Origin: Raillietiella orientalis
Lineage: Eukaryota
Reading direction: 5' to 3'
Assembly: GCA_036172245.1 (NCBI GenBank)
Contig: JAYWIR010000040.1
Coordinates: forward strand, 1,984,001-2,009,156
DNA length: 25,156 nucleotides
This document shows, in pieces, positions 12,080 to 22,383 of the stretch (position 1 is the first letter of the stretch; the number at the start of each line of letters is the position of its first letter). The position numbers and the translations under genes were made by a program. The notes under the pieces are model-generated. The model made no database searches, was not told where the DNA came from, and worked only from the letters and a program-made list of their open reading frames with translations.

Positions 12080-13045
12080 CGAATGTGCGTCACCGGCTGA
12101 AATTGACTCTGGTAACATGATCGCTTACACAAGAAAGAGCTGAAGTGGCCCCTCAATCACTGCCAATGACAGCAAGGCTTGTCCATCTGTTAATTCGATG
12201 CGAATCTGCTTCTTCTTCCGTAGGTGCTGTCGTTCCTCAGCAAAGTTTCTGTTCCGGAGAGTAGCCCACCTTGGTCTCCCAGAGCATGCACCCTTTCTCC
12301 CCGATGTGCTCTGCCCGTCTCCTTGAGATCTCGAGTTCACTCATCAAGTGCGCATTCCCATGAACACAAGGATCTCTCAAGGATCGATGCGAGGGCTCCT
12401 CTCGTGGTGAAACGGAGAACCAGTCCTCAGTAATTGTCCTCTTTGAGTTGGCCGTACTGATTGGCTGGTAGAGGCGAGCAACGTTCATTCTTCACTCTGA
12501 CTGGAGTACCAGAAAGGGAACCGTTTTTCCAGAATAAGTTTTCAATCGAGTCCACCTCAGCTATAACTTCCTGGGAAATCCTTCTGCTCTAGACCATCGG
12601 CAGCTCCAATGTGACCGCCTCTCGACTGAGGAAAGTGACGGAATGTGACATCTGGCCTCTCGACTGTCACATTCCAGCGCGAGGAGGGTTGCCTGAAGGA
12701 CTGCTTTCACACCACGCGCTTCCTGCACCTGAAATCGATCCCGCCGTCCCTGCTGAGAGCTGCTCCCACAGGTGGCGGGTCAGGGCGCACCTCGCTTACT
12801 TGGAAGTCTTCAAACCAGTGTTTCCTGTCGAGCAGGAAGTGTGCTGCTGACGCCATATGATGCGGAGGGTGCCGTCTCGTTTCAAGGCGCCTCGAGAGGG
12901 AAAAGGAAGCAGCCATACTTTAGTCTGGAGAAAGGTGTGCAACCGACTGGATCCGGAACTTCTTTCCAGGAGACTTGAGAGGGCAGTAAACAACTGTCCA
13001 CTTACTCTTGTTCGAATCTGACGGAACTTCAAGGATGCTCCACGT
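12080..13045 (-). mobile_element. Degenerate Ty3/Gypsy RNase H-integrase relic, ending at the U2 fragment
   Basis: PGKKFRIQ (12970-12947, cf. lxGkkFxixTDH), GGIDFRCRKRVV, EGFPRKL (12584-12564, cf. GlPxxl), LYQPISTANSKRTIT (cf. PYhPqsNGxaERxixT), EGPLQLFLV (cf. GPxsYxV). Confidence 0.5.
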
Positions 13046-13055
13046 TCCAGAAGTA

Positions 13056-13093
13056 ATTCGCTTCTCGGCCCTTTGGCTAAGATCCAAATGCAG
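13056..13093 (+). ncRNA. U2: U2 spliceosomal snRNA 5' fragment (approx. nt 1-37), interrupted or pseudogenic
   Basis: attcgcttctcggccctttggctaagatccaaatgcag versus the conserved U2 5' end ATCGCTTCTCGGCCTTTTGGCTAAGATCAA(A)GTGTAG. 13058-13084 matches U2 nt 2-28 at 26/27. Similarity ends in the branch-point recognition region. Confidence 0.9.
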
Positions 13094-14970
13094 CCATGTA
13101 CTGAGTAAATGAGACATCTGACGGCTGCCTCGTGTATTCAGCGCAGCCGTGATGTCCACTAGACTCACCGACTTTAGCACCCACCAGACGAGGCAGACAG
13201 CTTGAGAAAACACTCTAAGAGAGACGAGATGAGTGGGCCAGAGACAGACGATCGTCACGAGGAACTTCTTCACGAAACAGCCCATCGATTCCAGGAATCC
13301 TACGCCCGAGCCAGGAAGATTATGCGAAGCGAGCCCGATCGTTATTATGATGTACTTTTTCCTGCTTAATCAAAAATGCTCTCTCCATCATGAGGGAAAG
13401 TTCCGATGAGAACATTCTTACGGCATACGCCGATGATCTGGCCATCTTTGAGGATTCTGAGCATGAACTGAGAAGGGGCTCAATCAGATACCCGAGAAAG
13501 TGTGCTCCGTCTTGTTTTATTTAAGGAAGACCACCCTGTGGTTGAAAACGACATTTCTGAAAGTTATAGATGGACGAATTCCGAATACAACCACGTCCAA
13601 AGTCTACAAATACTTAAGAAAACCGTTCGAAATGGAAGTTTTTAATATCCACCATCTAAAAAAAAAGGTTCCTTTCAAAGTCGGGAAAACATTGCTTTGC
13701 GGTCGTCCGCCCTGGCAAAAATAAGATTCGCTGAAAACCTTTTTCCCCCCAGCCTGGTGCACTTTGAGAGGCTGGGGACGCATCCAAAGGCTTATTGGGA
13801 GTTTGTTGACGGAGGAATTTGGTGAATGGTGAAGGATCTTTTGCATCTTCCACAAAGGGCAGAGACTCAGTACCTGCATGGAGACAGAAAGAAGGGCTGC
13901 CTGGTGCTTGAGTGGCTGTGCGATGAAGTGGATGCTTTCATCATGGACAGCTGCTTTAAGTTACTCACTTCGTCCGACGTCACTGACAAAGGACTTGCCA
14001 AGGAGACCAGTCGGGAGGTGGTATTCGAAAAGATTCTTCAAGCTCCCTCGGAAAAAGACCTGAAAAGTTCCTGTCTGGTGAATCCAGCTGAAAATTTTCT
14101 CGGGTCAGCGGTGTCCTGAGGAGCATGTGGATGGTGGGGAGGCAGGTCTCCTTCCGTGCTGGAGCTACATGGGAGTTTGCTGAACCGAAAGTGCTCATTG
14201 GCGAACTGTGTTTGAGCTTCTATCGCGAAGGAGATCTGCTGCCACGTTGCGGGCTACCCAACTAGAACGATCATGGAAAGAACTGATGAGAGAACACCCT
14301 GGTTTCAGAGGAAAGCCATGTGTTGCGCTGGTCCTCACTGCAGTTTGAACTACTTCATCGCCTCCGCAGATCATGCCAGACGTGCTCATTATCGCTTCAT
14401 CCATGTGGCATGGCTCAGTTTGCTCTCCACACGTGGAGCAATTAAAAGACCATTGTGGATCGCCCGTGTCGGAGATGTGGACCGTGAAATGAGACTCTGC
14501 CCACATGTGAAACCACCGCATGAGGCGTGCATCTCCCCAGTTCGCTGCCAGACACGATGCCTTCGTAGAAAGACTCTGCAATCATTGCAGCTGGATGGAA
14601 GATTATCTCAGTAGCCAGTGTGTCCCCCGGAGCGAATGCCAACCTACGTCTAGAGCTGGTAATCCAAAAGGACAATCGTCTGGCAATATTGGAATTTGCC
14701 TGTCCGTTTGAAAATGGAAAGGTAGCTTTCAGTACTACCAGACGACCAAAATAGTCCATACATGAAGACGGTTGTTCATCGGGTGAATCGAAAAGGATTA
14801 CCGACTAAGGCCTTTGTAGTTGGTTCACTTGGATTCTGGGATCCTGACAAAGACAGAATCGTTCGCGATTTAGGACTCCCTAGGTTACTCCCCGAAAACA
14901 TGAGGCAGCTCATGGTTGCCTCATGCATTGGGGCAGCCGCGACGTTTCATCGACTTGGGCACCCACAAGA
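13094..14970 (+). mobile_element. Degenerate Utopia-type non-LTR retrotransposon (NeSL-related, RT + CCHC + restriction-like endonuclease)
   Basis: AYADDLAIF (YADD 13426-13437), PRKC, YKYL, PWQK*DSLKTFFP (13710-13748), LPQRAETQYLHG, FKLLTSSD, YRFIH, CRRCG..ETL/PHV (from 14467), RHDAFVERL, ILEFACPFEN (PFEN 14704-14715), AFVVGSLGFWDP (~14810-14845), MRQLMVASCI. Multiple stops and frameshifts. Lies directly downstream of a U2 5' fragment. Confidence 0.9.
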
Positions 14971-15010
14971 TAACGCCGATAATTTGAAGGAATACGCAAC
15001 GCAGGATGAT

Positions 15011-15067
15011 ACGGATGGGGCTGCGAACAAACGACCGTGATGTGCAGCACAGTGGGGAACGGCTTCA
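15011..15067 (+). ncRNA. Possible highly degraded U2 snRNA 3' portion (stem-loops III/IV)
   Basis: acggatggggctgc and cgaccgtgatgtgcagcacagtggggaacggc loosely resemble arthropod U2 3' sequence as I recall it (acggag..ggggcttgc; gacccggtattgcagtaccgccgggatcggc), in the expected position and orientation. The match is weak. Confidence 0.25.
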
Positions 15068-17204
15068 AGAACCGACTCGCTCATCCCAGGATCCTGACTA
15101 TACAGGGACGAAGATATTGAAGGCAGGAGAGGAGGAATGAAATGGAAGTAGGGAAAGGTTTCTGTCGCAGAGGAAACGAGCAGAACTCTTGACTGGAAGA
15201 TTGGAGTTTGGTTCTCAAGGACGGGCTGTGTGGCATTCCGACAAAAATGCTTCCCAAGAAGGGAGTGGGTTCCTGAAAAGAGAGAGAGAGAACAAGGATT
15301 CTCGGAAAGACCTGCAGATACAGGAAGAAGAGTTGCCTGCGCTTCCCGAAAGTGACAGCAAAGTTTGTGGAAGACAGGCTGAACGCACTCCAGTGCAGGC
15401 ACTGCTTCGTAAGTCTCAGGCGCTTGGCTAAGTTGGCTGCTGGAAGGGAGGCGCGACCTGGAGAGAAGGGCATTCCATGTTTGCACCTCCTGGACTGCAT
15501 CGTACCGCACAGTCGCCTTTCAGGTTTGGCGCAACGATGGAGGAAGCGACGTCAGTGCAAAGAAGAAATGGCGGCAAGAGTTTTTGCACCTTAGGTGGGG
15601 CATCCTTCAAGAAACCCCAGGACATAATCTGCAGTGCACACGAGGAAGATGTGGATGTCCTTGGAAACGTCCGGTTTTATTTGGAAAGAGAGACAGATGA
15701 ACGGCGAAGGCTGTGCAACCGTCAACGTCAGAGGAACGCCACGTGTTCCAGCGGCGCACCAAAAATTCACCTCGCTTGCCGATCCCACAGGGATGCGAGG
15801 AGCAGGAAGCTTGAAAAGCGCCGCTTCCGTCATCATCAGTGGAGGAGCCTAGGACTCGTGTTGTCGGCGAGAGAGGCGCACTGCCACAGGCGTTGGCATC
15901 GCAGGACTTGCTAAAAAATTTGATCCGAACTTCCATGACCCTCTAGCACCTTCTGCATCTCACCTTCTTTTGTCGTGCTCTTTCCTCTGCCGGGCTGCGG
16001 CCCCGCAGAGGAAGATCGTGACCTTTCTTGCTCCCTTCTCTCGTTTGCCCTCCGCTTGCTGTCTGGAGCCGTCCGTTCAAGAGCATGGCTTTGCCGTGCC
16101 ACTGTACAGATCGCAGAGTACGATTGGCCGAGATGATGCAGCGTAGACGTGATGCAGAGAACAAGACAGGCGTAAGGCTCGAGGTTCGGTCACCAACCGA
16201 ACGAGCTGCTGCAGTCAGCCTGTAGCCTTGGGAACAGAAGATTCTATGAGTTCGGAAGAACCGAGAGGATTCTTCGAGGACACGATCGGTCGGCGGCCTC
16301 ACGAAGACACTTCCTTCCCCTGCGTCGAGAAGCGGAAGGGGTCGCGTGTCTCACCCAGACCTTCCGCGAGGCGGCTCAGCGGGGGCACCGAACCCGCGGG
16401 CAGGAGGCCTGCAGGAACATCGTCTGGCACTTCCGGCTCTCGCTTTCGCGAGCCTCTCGACTCGCGGGGCAGCTGGGGACCGACTCTCAAGTGCAGGTCA
16501 AAGGAACCTCTCCATACGAGGGGTGAGGAGTGCAGCTCCCCTCCTCCGCCCCAGGGGGACTCCGCGTTCCGGCAGCGTCCTCTGCTAACCCTTCCCCGTC
16601 CCGGGGCTGCCCAATGCTCTCTCAGAGACGGTTCGGGGTTCACGGAGGTCCCGCTGCCTGGAGAGCGGCGAAGGATGACGGCAGCTTCGCGGGTGAGGAA
16701 CAACCGCAGCCGAGCGCCGCCGCGGACGCCGTGCCTTCTTCCCCTCCCCCTTCCCCCTCTTTGCTTTCCTTTTTCCTCAGTGTTCACAACACCGTTTCAC
16801 AGAGGTGGAAAAGGAGGGCGAAGGGGTGCAAACTCTGCCGCGTCCTTTAGCGCACGTCGGGTCATGGCTGCGCGCGCCAAGGATGGGAGGATGGGAGCGA
16901 GCGCGCGAGGAGGGAGGAATGCATCTCACGTGCTCATGTCATTTCCACACGATGACGACACCGCGGCTCGGGTTATCGGATGGCGGGAGAGTGCCCCGCC
17001 GCGCGCTTCTTTTTTTTTTTTTGGACTCTCCTCCCCTCCCCCCTCTCTCTCTCTTTTCTTTTTCCCGTCTTCCAATACGCAGAAGCATTCCGGGCGGGTG
17101 CGGGAGCACCCGCTTTTCTCATGTGACCGAGCGCTCCCCGCGGGAAGCGGCCGCTCCCTTGGCCAGACTTTCCCTCATGCACCGGCGTGAATTTTCGTCA
17201 GTCT

Positions 17205-17290
17205 GCATCTTCTCTCTCCCTCTTTCTCTCTTCCTCTTTCTTTTTTTCCTTTTTCCTTTTTTTTTTCTTTTTTTTTTTCCTTTTCTTTTT
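17205..17290. repeat. Long polypyrimidine / low-complexity T-C tract
   Basis: About 85 nt almost exclusively T and C; a second tract lies at ~17007-17070. Confidence 0.9.
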
Positions 17291-17427
17291 GGTGCACGCG
17301 CGTGTGCCCCGGCTGACGCTGTCCCTGCTCTTCCTCTCTCTGCATAGGCGCGGTCGATCTTCAGGGACGACGGATGCTCGAGGGGTCACGGAGAGAGGAG
17401 GCCTCTTCTTTCACGATGCAACTTTTA

Positions 17428-17441
17428 GCGCGCGCGCGCGC
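17428..17441. repeat. (GC)7 alternating tract
   Basis: gcgcgcgcgcgcgc read directly. Confidence 0.9.
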
Positions 17442-17590
17442 GGAGAAGGGGCTTTTGGACGGGGAAGAAAGCAGCTGCTGGCAAAGAGGAGACTGAGCGA
17501 CCCGGAAGCCCTGTCGAAGAGGCAGCCTCTCCGAACTCCTCATTCTTCGGCGGATCCAAAGAACCGCGGAGCGGGAAGCGAAGGGGCAGC

Positions 17591-17623
17591 AGATGACCCC
17601 CCACGTCTCCTGGGGGGTCATCT
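17591..17623. repeat. Perfect 13-bp inverted repeat, 7-nt loop
   Basis: agatgacccccca-cgtctcc-tggggggtcatct. Confidence 0.95.
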
Positions 17624-20099
17624 CGCTAGGAAACTCCTCGCTTCACTCCTGGAAGCCGCAGAACTGGAGGACCAGGAGAAGGAGACGGCATCCTCGCGAA
17701 CAGCACCGAAACGGTTGGTTCTCCTCTTCTCCACCTCAGAGCAGAAGAGCATTCTGCGGAGCAGGAGTCCCATCTTCCTTCCGCTCGTCGAGGGGACAGA
17801 CCGGCGGGCAGCCGCCGGAAGTGAGACTCCGGGCCGCGGCAGGCTGCTCCAGGGCAGCCCTTCCCTCTTCTGGAAGACAAAGGAGCCGAGAAACGGAGCG
17901 GGGATGCCGGTGAGATGCGTCGTTCGGGACAGCAGCGCGTCTTTGATGCTTGCCGCGGGGCCTCCCACGACACGCTTCGAGCAGCCCGGCCGGCGCGACG
18001 CCGCAGTTCCTCGCCCGCTCGGCCGCGGCGGCTGCGAAGCTGCCCCTTCTGCGTCGCCATGGAGCGGAGCCGAGCGTTCCCAGAGACGCTTCTGCGCGAC
18101 CTCCCATCCACCTCACCCGCGGAGGGTCCTCTCGGTGACTCTTCTCCCTGCGCAGCGCGCATGCGTCTTCGCAGCTTGAGAAGGCGGTGGAATCCTTGGA
18201 CAGCCTCTCCACGGTGGCCCGACGGTGGGAGGCGGCGCTCTCCTTCCTCCCCCCCCCTCCCCCTCCTCCCGAGACCGCCTTCCCGCTCGCACGTACGCAC
18301 GCGCTCTCGCTTACGCGCAGGAATTCCTCCGGATAAACATCGGCGCTCGCCTATTTCGTCACGAGCGAGGCGAGGCGACGAGGGCGGTTGCTTCACACTC
18401 CGGGCAAGGCCGTCGACGACCTGCGTAGCAGCGGCGGCCGGAAGAGGAGGGAGAGAGGAGGGGAAAGGGGAGGACTCCCATCCTCAAGAAATGCCTGCCG
18501 GCTTCCTCACCAAAAGGAGGGGCGTGGGGTGGGTTCGGCGAAACTCGGGAAGCGGCACAGGAAGCAGCTCGTCTCCTGGAGATGTGAGGGCGCTGCGAGC
18601 GAGGCTGCGTCGCTGGAACGACTCCGCATCTTCCCGGCCCCGAGAGGAGTCGGCGGGATCCTCGACCCGGCCCGCCGAGCAGGCTGGATGAAGAGGAAGG
18701 AGCGCTGCTTCCACAGCCGCCTCCCGACCCGCTGCGAGCTCCGGGATCTCTTGTTGCGTAAAAGAGCTGCCGATGACGTCTCTGCCGTCGCCCCCGTATC
18801 GTCGCAGCAGCCGCCGCAAGGTGCGCTCGCTCGCCACCCGTCTCCCCGCCTGCCCCGCGGCTCGCGCGCGCGGCTCGTCCGAACGTTCGCGCGACCTCGG
18901 GGGAGGAAGCTGCCGAGACCGAAGGAAAAGGCTGCGCGATCCGGAAGCAGCGGCTCTAGAATGCCTGCGGGGGTTTCCTTCCTCGGGAGGCAACGAGAAA
19001 GGAGGGGAGGTTTCTCCAAGGCAACCCCGCTCCAGCCCAGGCGAACGAGCAGCTCGGTGGGAGAGGTGCAGCAGGCAGTTATCTTGGTCCCAAGGCCATC
19101 CGAGTGGTCCCTCCGTTCTCGAACGATCCGTTAGTTTTCCGAGGGGCTCCAGGGCGAAGAGCACGCGAGACTGCGCTCAGGATGCGCAGCCTTTTCGGAA
19201 CGGGAAGGATCGATGGAGGCCGTGAGTGGAGGCGGTCGCGGCAGTTGGTCCGCGGCCCAAGGATGTCTTTCGCTCCAGCGGGTGGAGGTGGTTTCCCTCT
19301 TGCGGAGAGTGATGGCGCCCTCCGCAGAGAGGGAGCGCAGCAGAGGGGACCTCACGCCCGGGAAGCAGCCAGGGTCAAGAGGGTCCTCAGCCCCTTTTCC
19401 TCTCCCGGTAGCCATGTTGAAGCCGCTGGGTCGCGCCGCGCAGCTGAAACTCCGCCAGCTGCAGGATGAACCTCTGTGATCGGAGCCACCTTTCCTCCAT
19501 CTTACCCAAGCCGAGCGTCGCAGACTGCGGGAAGCACCATCATTCACCGCCAAACCCACGGCCAGTGCCTCTGGCGCACCGAGAAAACACACGCGCACAC
19601 TCCGCCGTGCGCCCTGAATAAAGAAAGGGCCAAAGAAGGATCCTCCAGGTTCGTTCCGGGAACCCGCCTTCAGATGCTAGGAGAAGCTTACATCCTTCGG
19701 GCATTCCTCTTCCGGGTGGCGGCGGATGAGATGAAGGGGAGGGACAGCAGGGAACGAGAAAGGGAAGAGATCATGCTGCAGAGCGGAAGCTCCTGACCCG
19801 CACTGCGGAGCCGACTCCCGATGCCCGAACCGTTCTCGGGCACAGCTTCAGCGCCTCATCATCAAAGTCTCCTCTCTCCTTCCTGGAGGGATCCCCTCAC
19901 CTCGAGCAGGGTGTGGGTCCTTGCTCGCGCCCCGCGATATGCATGGAGGAGACAGCCACGTGTCCACTGCTGATAGTTACCGGGGTTACCCCTCTACCAT
20001 ATGCTTTGGCCGCGGCTACTCCATAGAGACTTCAAACACCCGGGAGACAAAAGGGAATTGAAAGGAGACCGGCATTCGACCTGCATCACCTCTGACGCG

Positions 20100-21110
20100 G
20101 AAGGTCGGCCTGTCAGATGTTCACTGCCAACCTGCGCGCCGCCCGTCCTCCCCGATGGGCGGAGGCTGAGCGCTCCGCAGACCGACCGGGAATTCAGCGT
20201 TGTCGCCGAGCGGACCTCTCGTGCCGCACCGTCTTTGGAGCAGCGGGCAAGCAAGGAGGTGGTATGGGGAAGGGGGTCTGAGCCCCATCCTCAAGACAGG
20301 ATGCTCGCTGCGTTTTCGGTCCGTCTTCGGCCGATGGTGTGCTTCCTGGAGACGCGCCCAAAACTCCGCCCTAAATGGGAATCGGAGAACCCGGAGTGAA
20401 GGCCAGTCTGGACCAGGGGACAACCTCTCAGACGGGATGCGAGCAGCGCGCGCGTGAGGGCGCACCAAGGGGTTCGCTCCACAGTCGTCTGGCACCCACT
20501 CGCCCGTCTCTCCGGTCCCAGAAAGATCTTCGTCCGCTGGCGAGCTCCTGCCCGTCTCACGGCCCACTGCAGCTTCTCCGCATCATCGTTGGATCGCGTG
20601 GGCGGAAGACGCCTCATTGAAGAGCGCGCGTGGTCCACTTTCACGCGCGGTAGCGGCGAGGAAGCCGCCGTTTCGGTCCGCTGCGAAGGAGGGGAACGGA
20701 AATGAGACGGCGTCCCGCTACTGCGGCGGCCCAAGCGTCTCCGGGGCCTCCCCGTTTTTCCGTCTCTCTCGCGGGACCTCGCGCAGGGACTCGCCCGACG
20801 TCGACGGAAACCGCTCGGCCGTGACCGAAGGGTCGGCAGCGTCGAGGCAGCTTCGTTGCCACGAGAGACGCCGCCTCGTAGGTCAGCGAGCGGCCCTGCT
20901 CTGACGCACCGGCGCTCTCTCCCCTTCCTTGCTGCTGCTCCTCCACGAAGCTGAAGAGTTTCCCCTTCCTATCGTATTGGGCTCCGCGCCCACGTGAAGG
21001 AGGAAGTGAGGGAGGGAGGGAGGAAAGTAGGGAGGCTGAAAGGCGGCAGGTGGGGCCATTCTCTGCCCGCGAGTTTGCGGAGACCCCTCGTCCCATGGTA
21101 CCAGTATCCC
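20100..21110 (+). mobile_element. Degenerate Ty3/Gypsy RT-RNase H relic
   Basis: PPVLPDGRRLSAPQTDREFS...APSLEQ (PDG from 20151, cf. KpdGxxRlcvDyRxlN...Pxie), HPQDRMLAAF (cf. pxdrxxTaF), SQKDLRPL, SGASPF (cf. DASpy), ASRQLRCHER (20839-20868, cf. ASRxLtxaEr), PLVPW. Confidence 0.6.
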
Positions 21111-21329
21111 ACTGCGAGCAACCACGCAGGCGAAAGAGCTGCTCCACCGAACGCAGCCCCTCCCCCGCTGGTGCGTGAGTTTTGGGCTGAGTGCCTTCAC
21201 CCTAGTGACCCATGAGCTCATCACCGCAGCCTGGACTCGAGAGCGACTCCCTGCACGCCCTCTGGAAGACACTGAAAGAACACTGGGGTCTTCAGGAAGC
21301 AAAGAGACAGAGACAGGGCCTGAAGAGGG

Positions 21330-21910
21330 AACCACGAGGGGGATAAACACCGAGGAAGGTCACGAAAGCAAGTTCTCTGAACTTGCTTTCGTGACCTTTT
21401 TGCTGTCCTTTCAGGAAAATACGGTCATAACTTGAATCAATTTCAGGATTATTAAACTAGTCTGGAAAAATAGGTAATGACTTATACTCTGAGGAATGTT
21501 CAAATCTTTGCCATTCCTCTTGAACAGCCTCGCTCAACTGTCATTGCCAACATGTCATACTAGTATTTCAGCCTTGCCAGAGCTTTCACTTTATTACTCA
21601 ATTCCTCGCCATCATCAAACGCAGGGTGACCTCTTTTTCGTGACCTCTGGAAACCTTGTTCGTCCCTTGCTTGCAATGGAAGGGAAACTGGACTCTTCCG
21701 AACTCTTCCTACGGGCACGCTAGGCATGCTCCCCTTTGATCCGTTATTAGTCCTATCCTGGAGCACTTCCGCTCCTGGGACCTCTCCTCTTTTCGGATGG
21801 CCAGTCACCTCACTGCTTCGCTCGGCATCTGGCGCGGAGATGTCGGTCGCTTTCTTCTCCGCTGCTGCGCAATGCGTTTGGTGCCCCGGCGGCTGCAGCA
21901 GCTCATGGAA
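21330..21910 (-). mobile_element. Degenerate Ty3/Gypsy protease-RT relic
   Basis: Knuckle-like CSRRGTKRIA, protease-like NNGSKGS, RKSPVSL..EQ..RG, QLSEAVQEE (cf. LNxavxRe), YFSRL (21472-21458, cf. yFSkLD), AFVTFLGVY (~21369-21343, cf. aFxTpfGxy). Confidence 0.5.
21356..21398. repeat. Perfect 20-bp inverted repeat, 3-nt loop
   Basis: aaggtcacgaaagcaagttc-tct-gaacttgctttcgtgacctt. Confidence 0.97.
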
Positions 21911-22360
21911 ACTCTTAGTCTCCCATCAACCAACTTCCCCATCCCGTTGCGCTACCGCACTACAGAGGCCCTCTCGAAGCAGTAAGCTTATGGAATTTTT
22001 TCCCTTTGGGGGAGGGAGTGCTCCCCGTCTCTTCAGAGGTGGGGAGATCCGTCTCAGGTGAGTGCCCGATGGAGGGAGGCAACTGTGGCGCAAGCCTTTC
22101 GAATGCCACTCTCCTGCAGCCAGGAACCTGAGGGGTAGCCAGAGGGGACGTCTGAGGTAGCAAACGTGCAGACCGTACGGTGGCGCCGCAGAGAACGAGG
22201 GTCACGTTTGGTGATCCCTTCCAGGATGCGTGAATGTCGAGGAGGAGCAACCCCGTTTGCTGTGGAAGAAGCTGGGCGGTGATGGGATTCGTGGTGCCTG
22301 CGGAGGGAACGCTCTTGATTTTCGTACCGGACCGACGCAGCAACGCTCTATGGGTCTCCT

Positions 22361-22383
22361 TTATTATTATCATTATTATTATT
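22361..22383. repeat. (TTA)n microsatellite, imperfect
   Basis: ttattattatcattattattatt. Confidence 0.85.

Larger units (their letters stand above)
15930..19600 (-). mobile_element. Degenerate GC-rich Ty3/Gypsy gag-pol relic, interrupted at ~16730-17460
   Basis: Ordered remnants: frameshifted zinc knuckle CFL..GHW (~19590-19555), protease-like LDPG (~19379-19368), RT-like DGRDVIGSSFTQQE, RNase H AEASLGTLGSA (18095-18063, cf. TDASxxglGavL) and ERARNC..GLLEA, integrase-like DDPPGDVGGHL (~17620-17590), EVPDDV, DRVLEESSR, SSLTP. Confidence 0.5.

Noticed and set aside
15080..15920. Continuation of the 12-13 kb Gypsy beyond Utopia
   Set aside because: Only an MPF tripeptide hints at RT and there is no ordered motif set, so the region is left unassigned.
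2212..18486. Shared 15-mer ggactcccatcctca at ~2212 and ~18472
   Set aside because: One 15-nt match within 25 kb is near chance expectation, and the flanks barely extend it.
16228..19225. Long ORFs (320, 330, 258, 256, 248 aa) as real genes
   Set aside because: They overlap in several frames, cross low-complexity tracts and are rich in R/S/P/G. This is the stop-poor pattern expected in GC-rich DNA.
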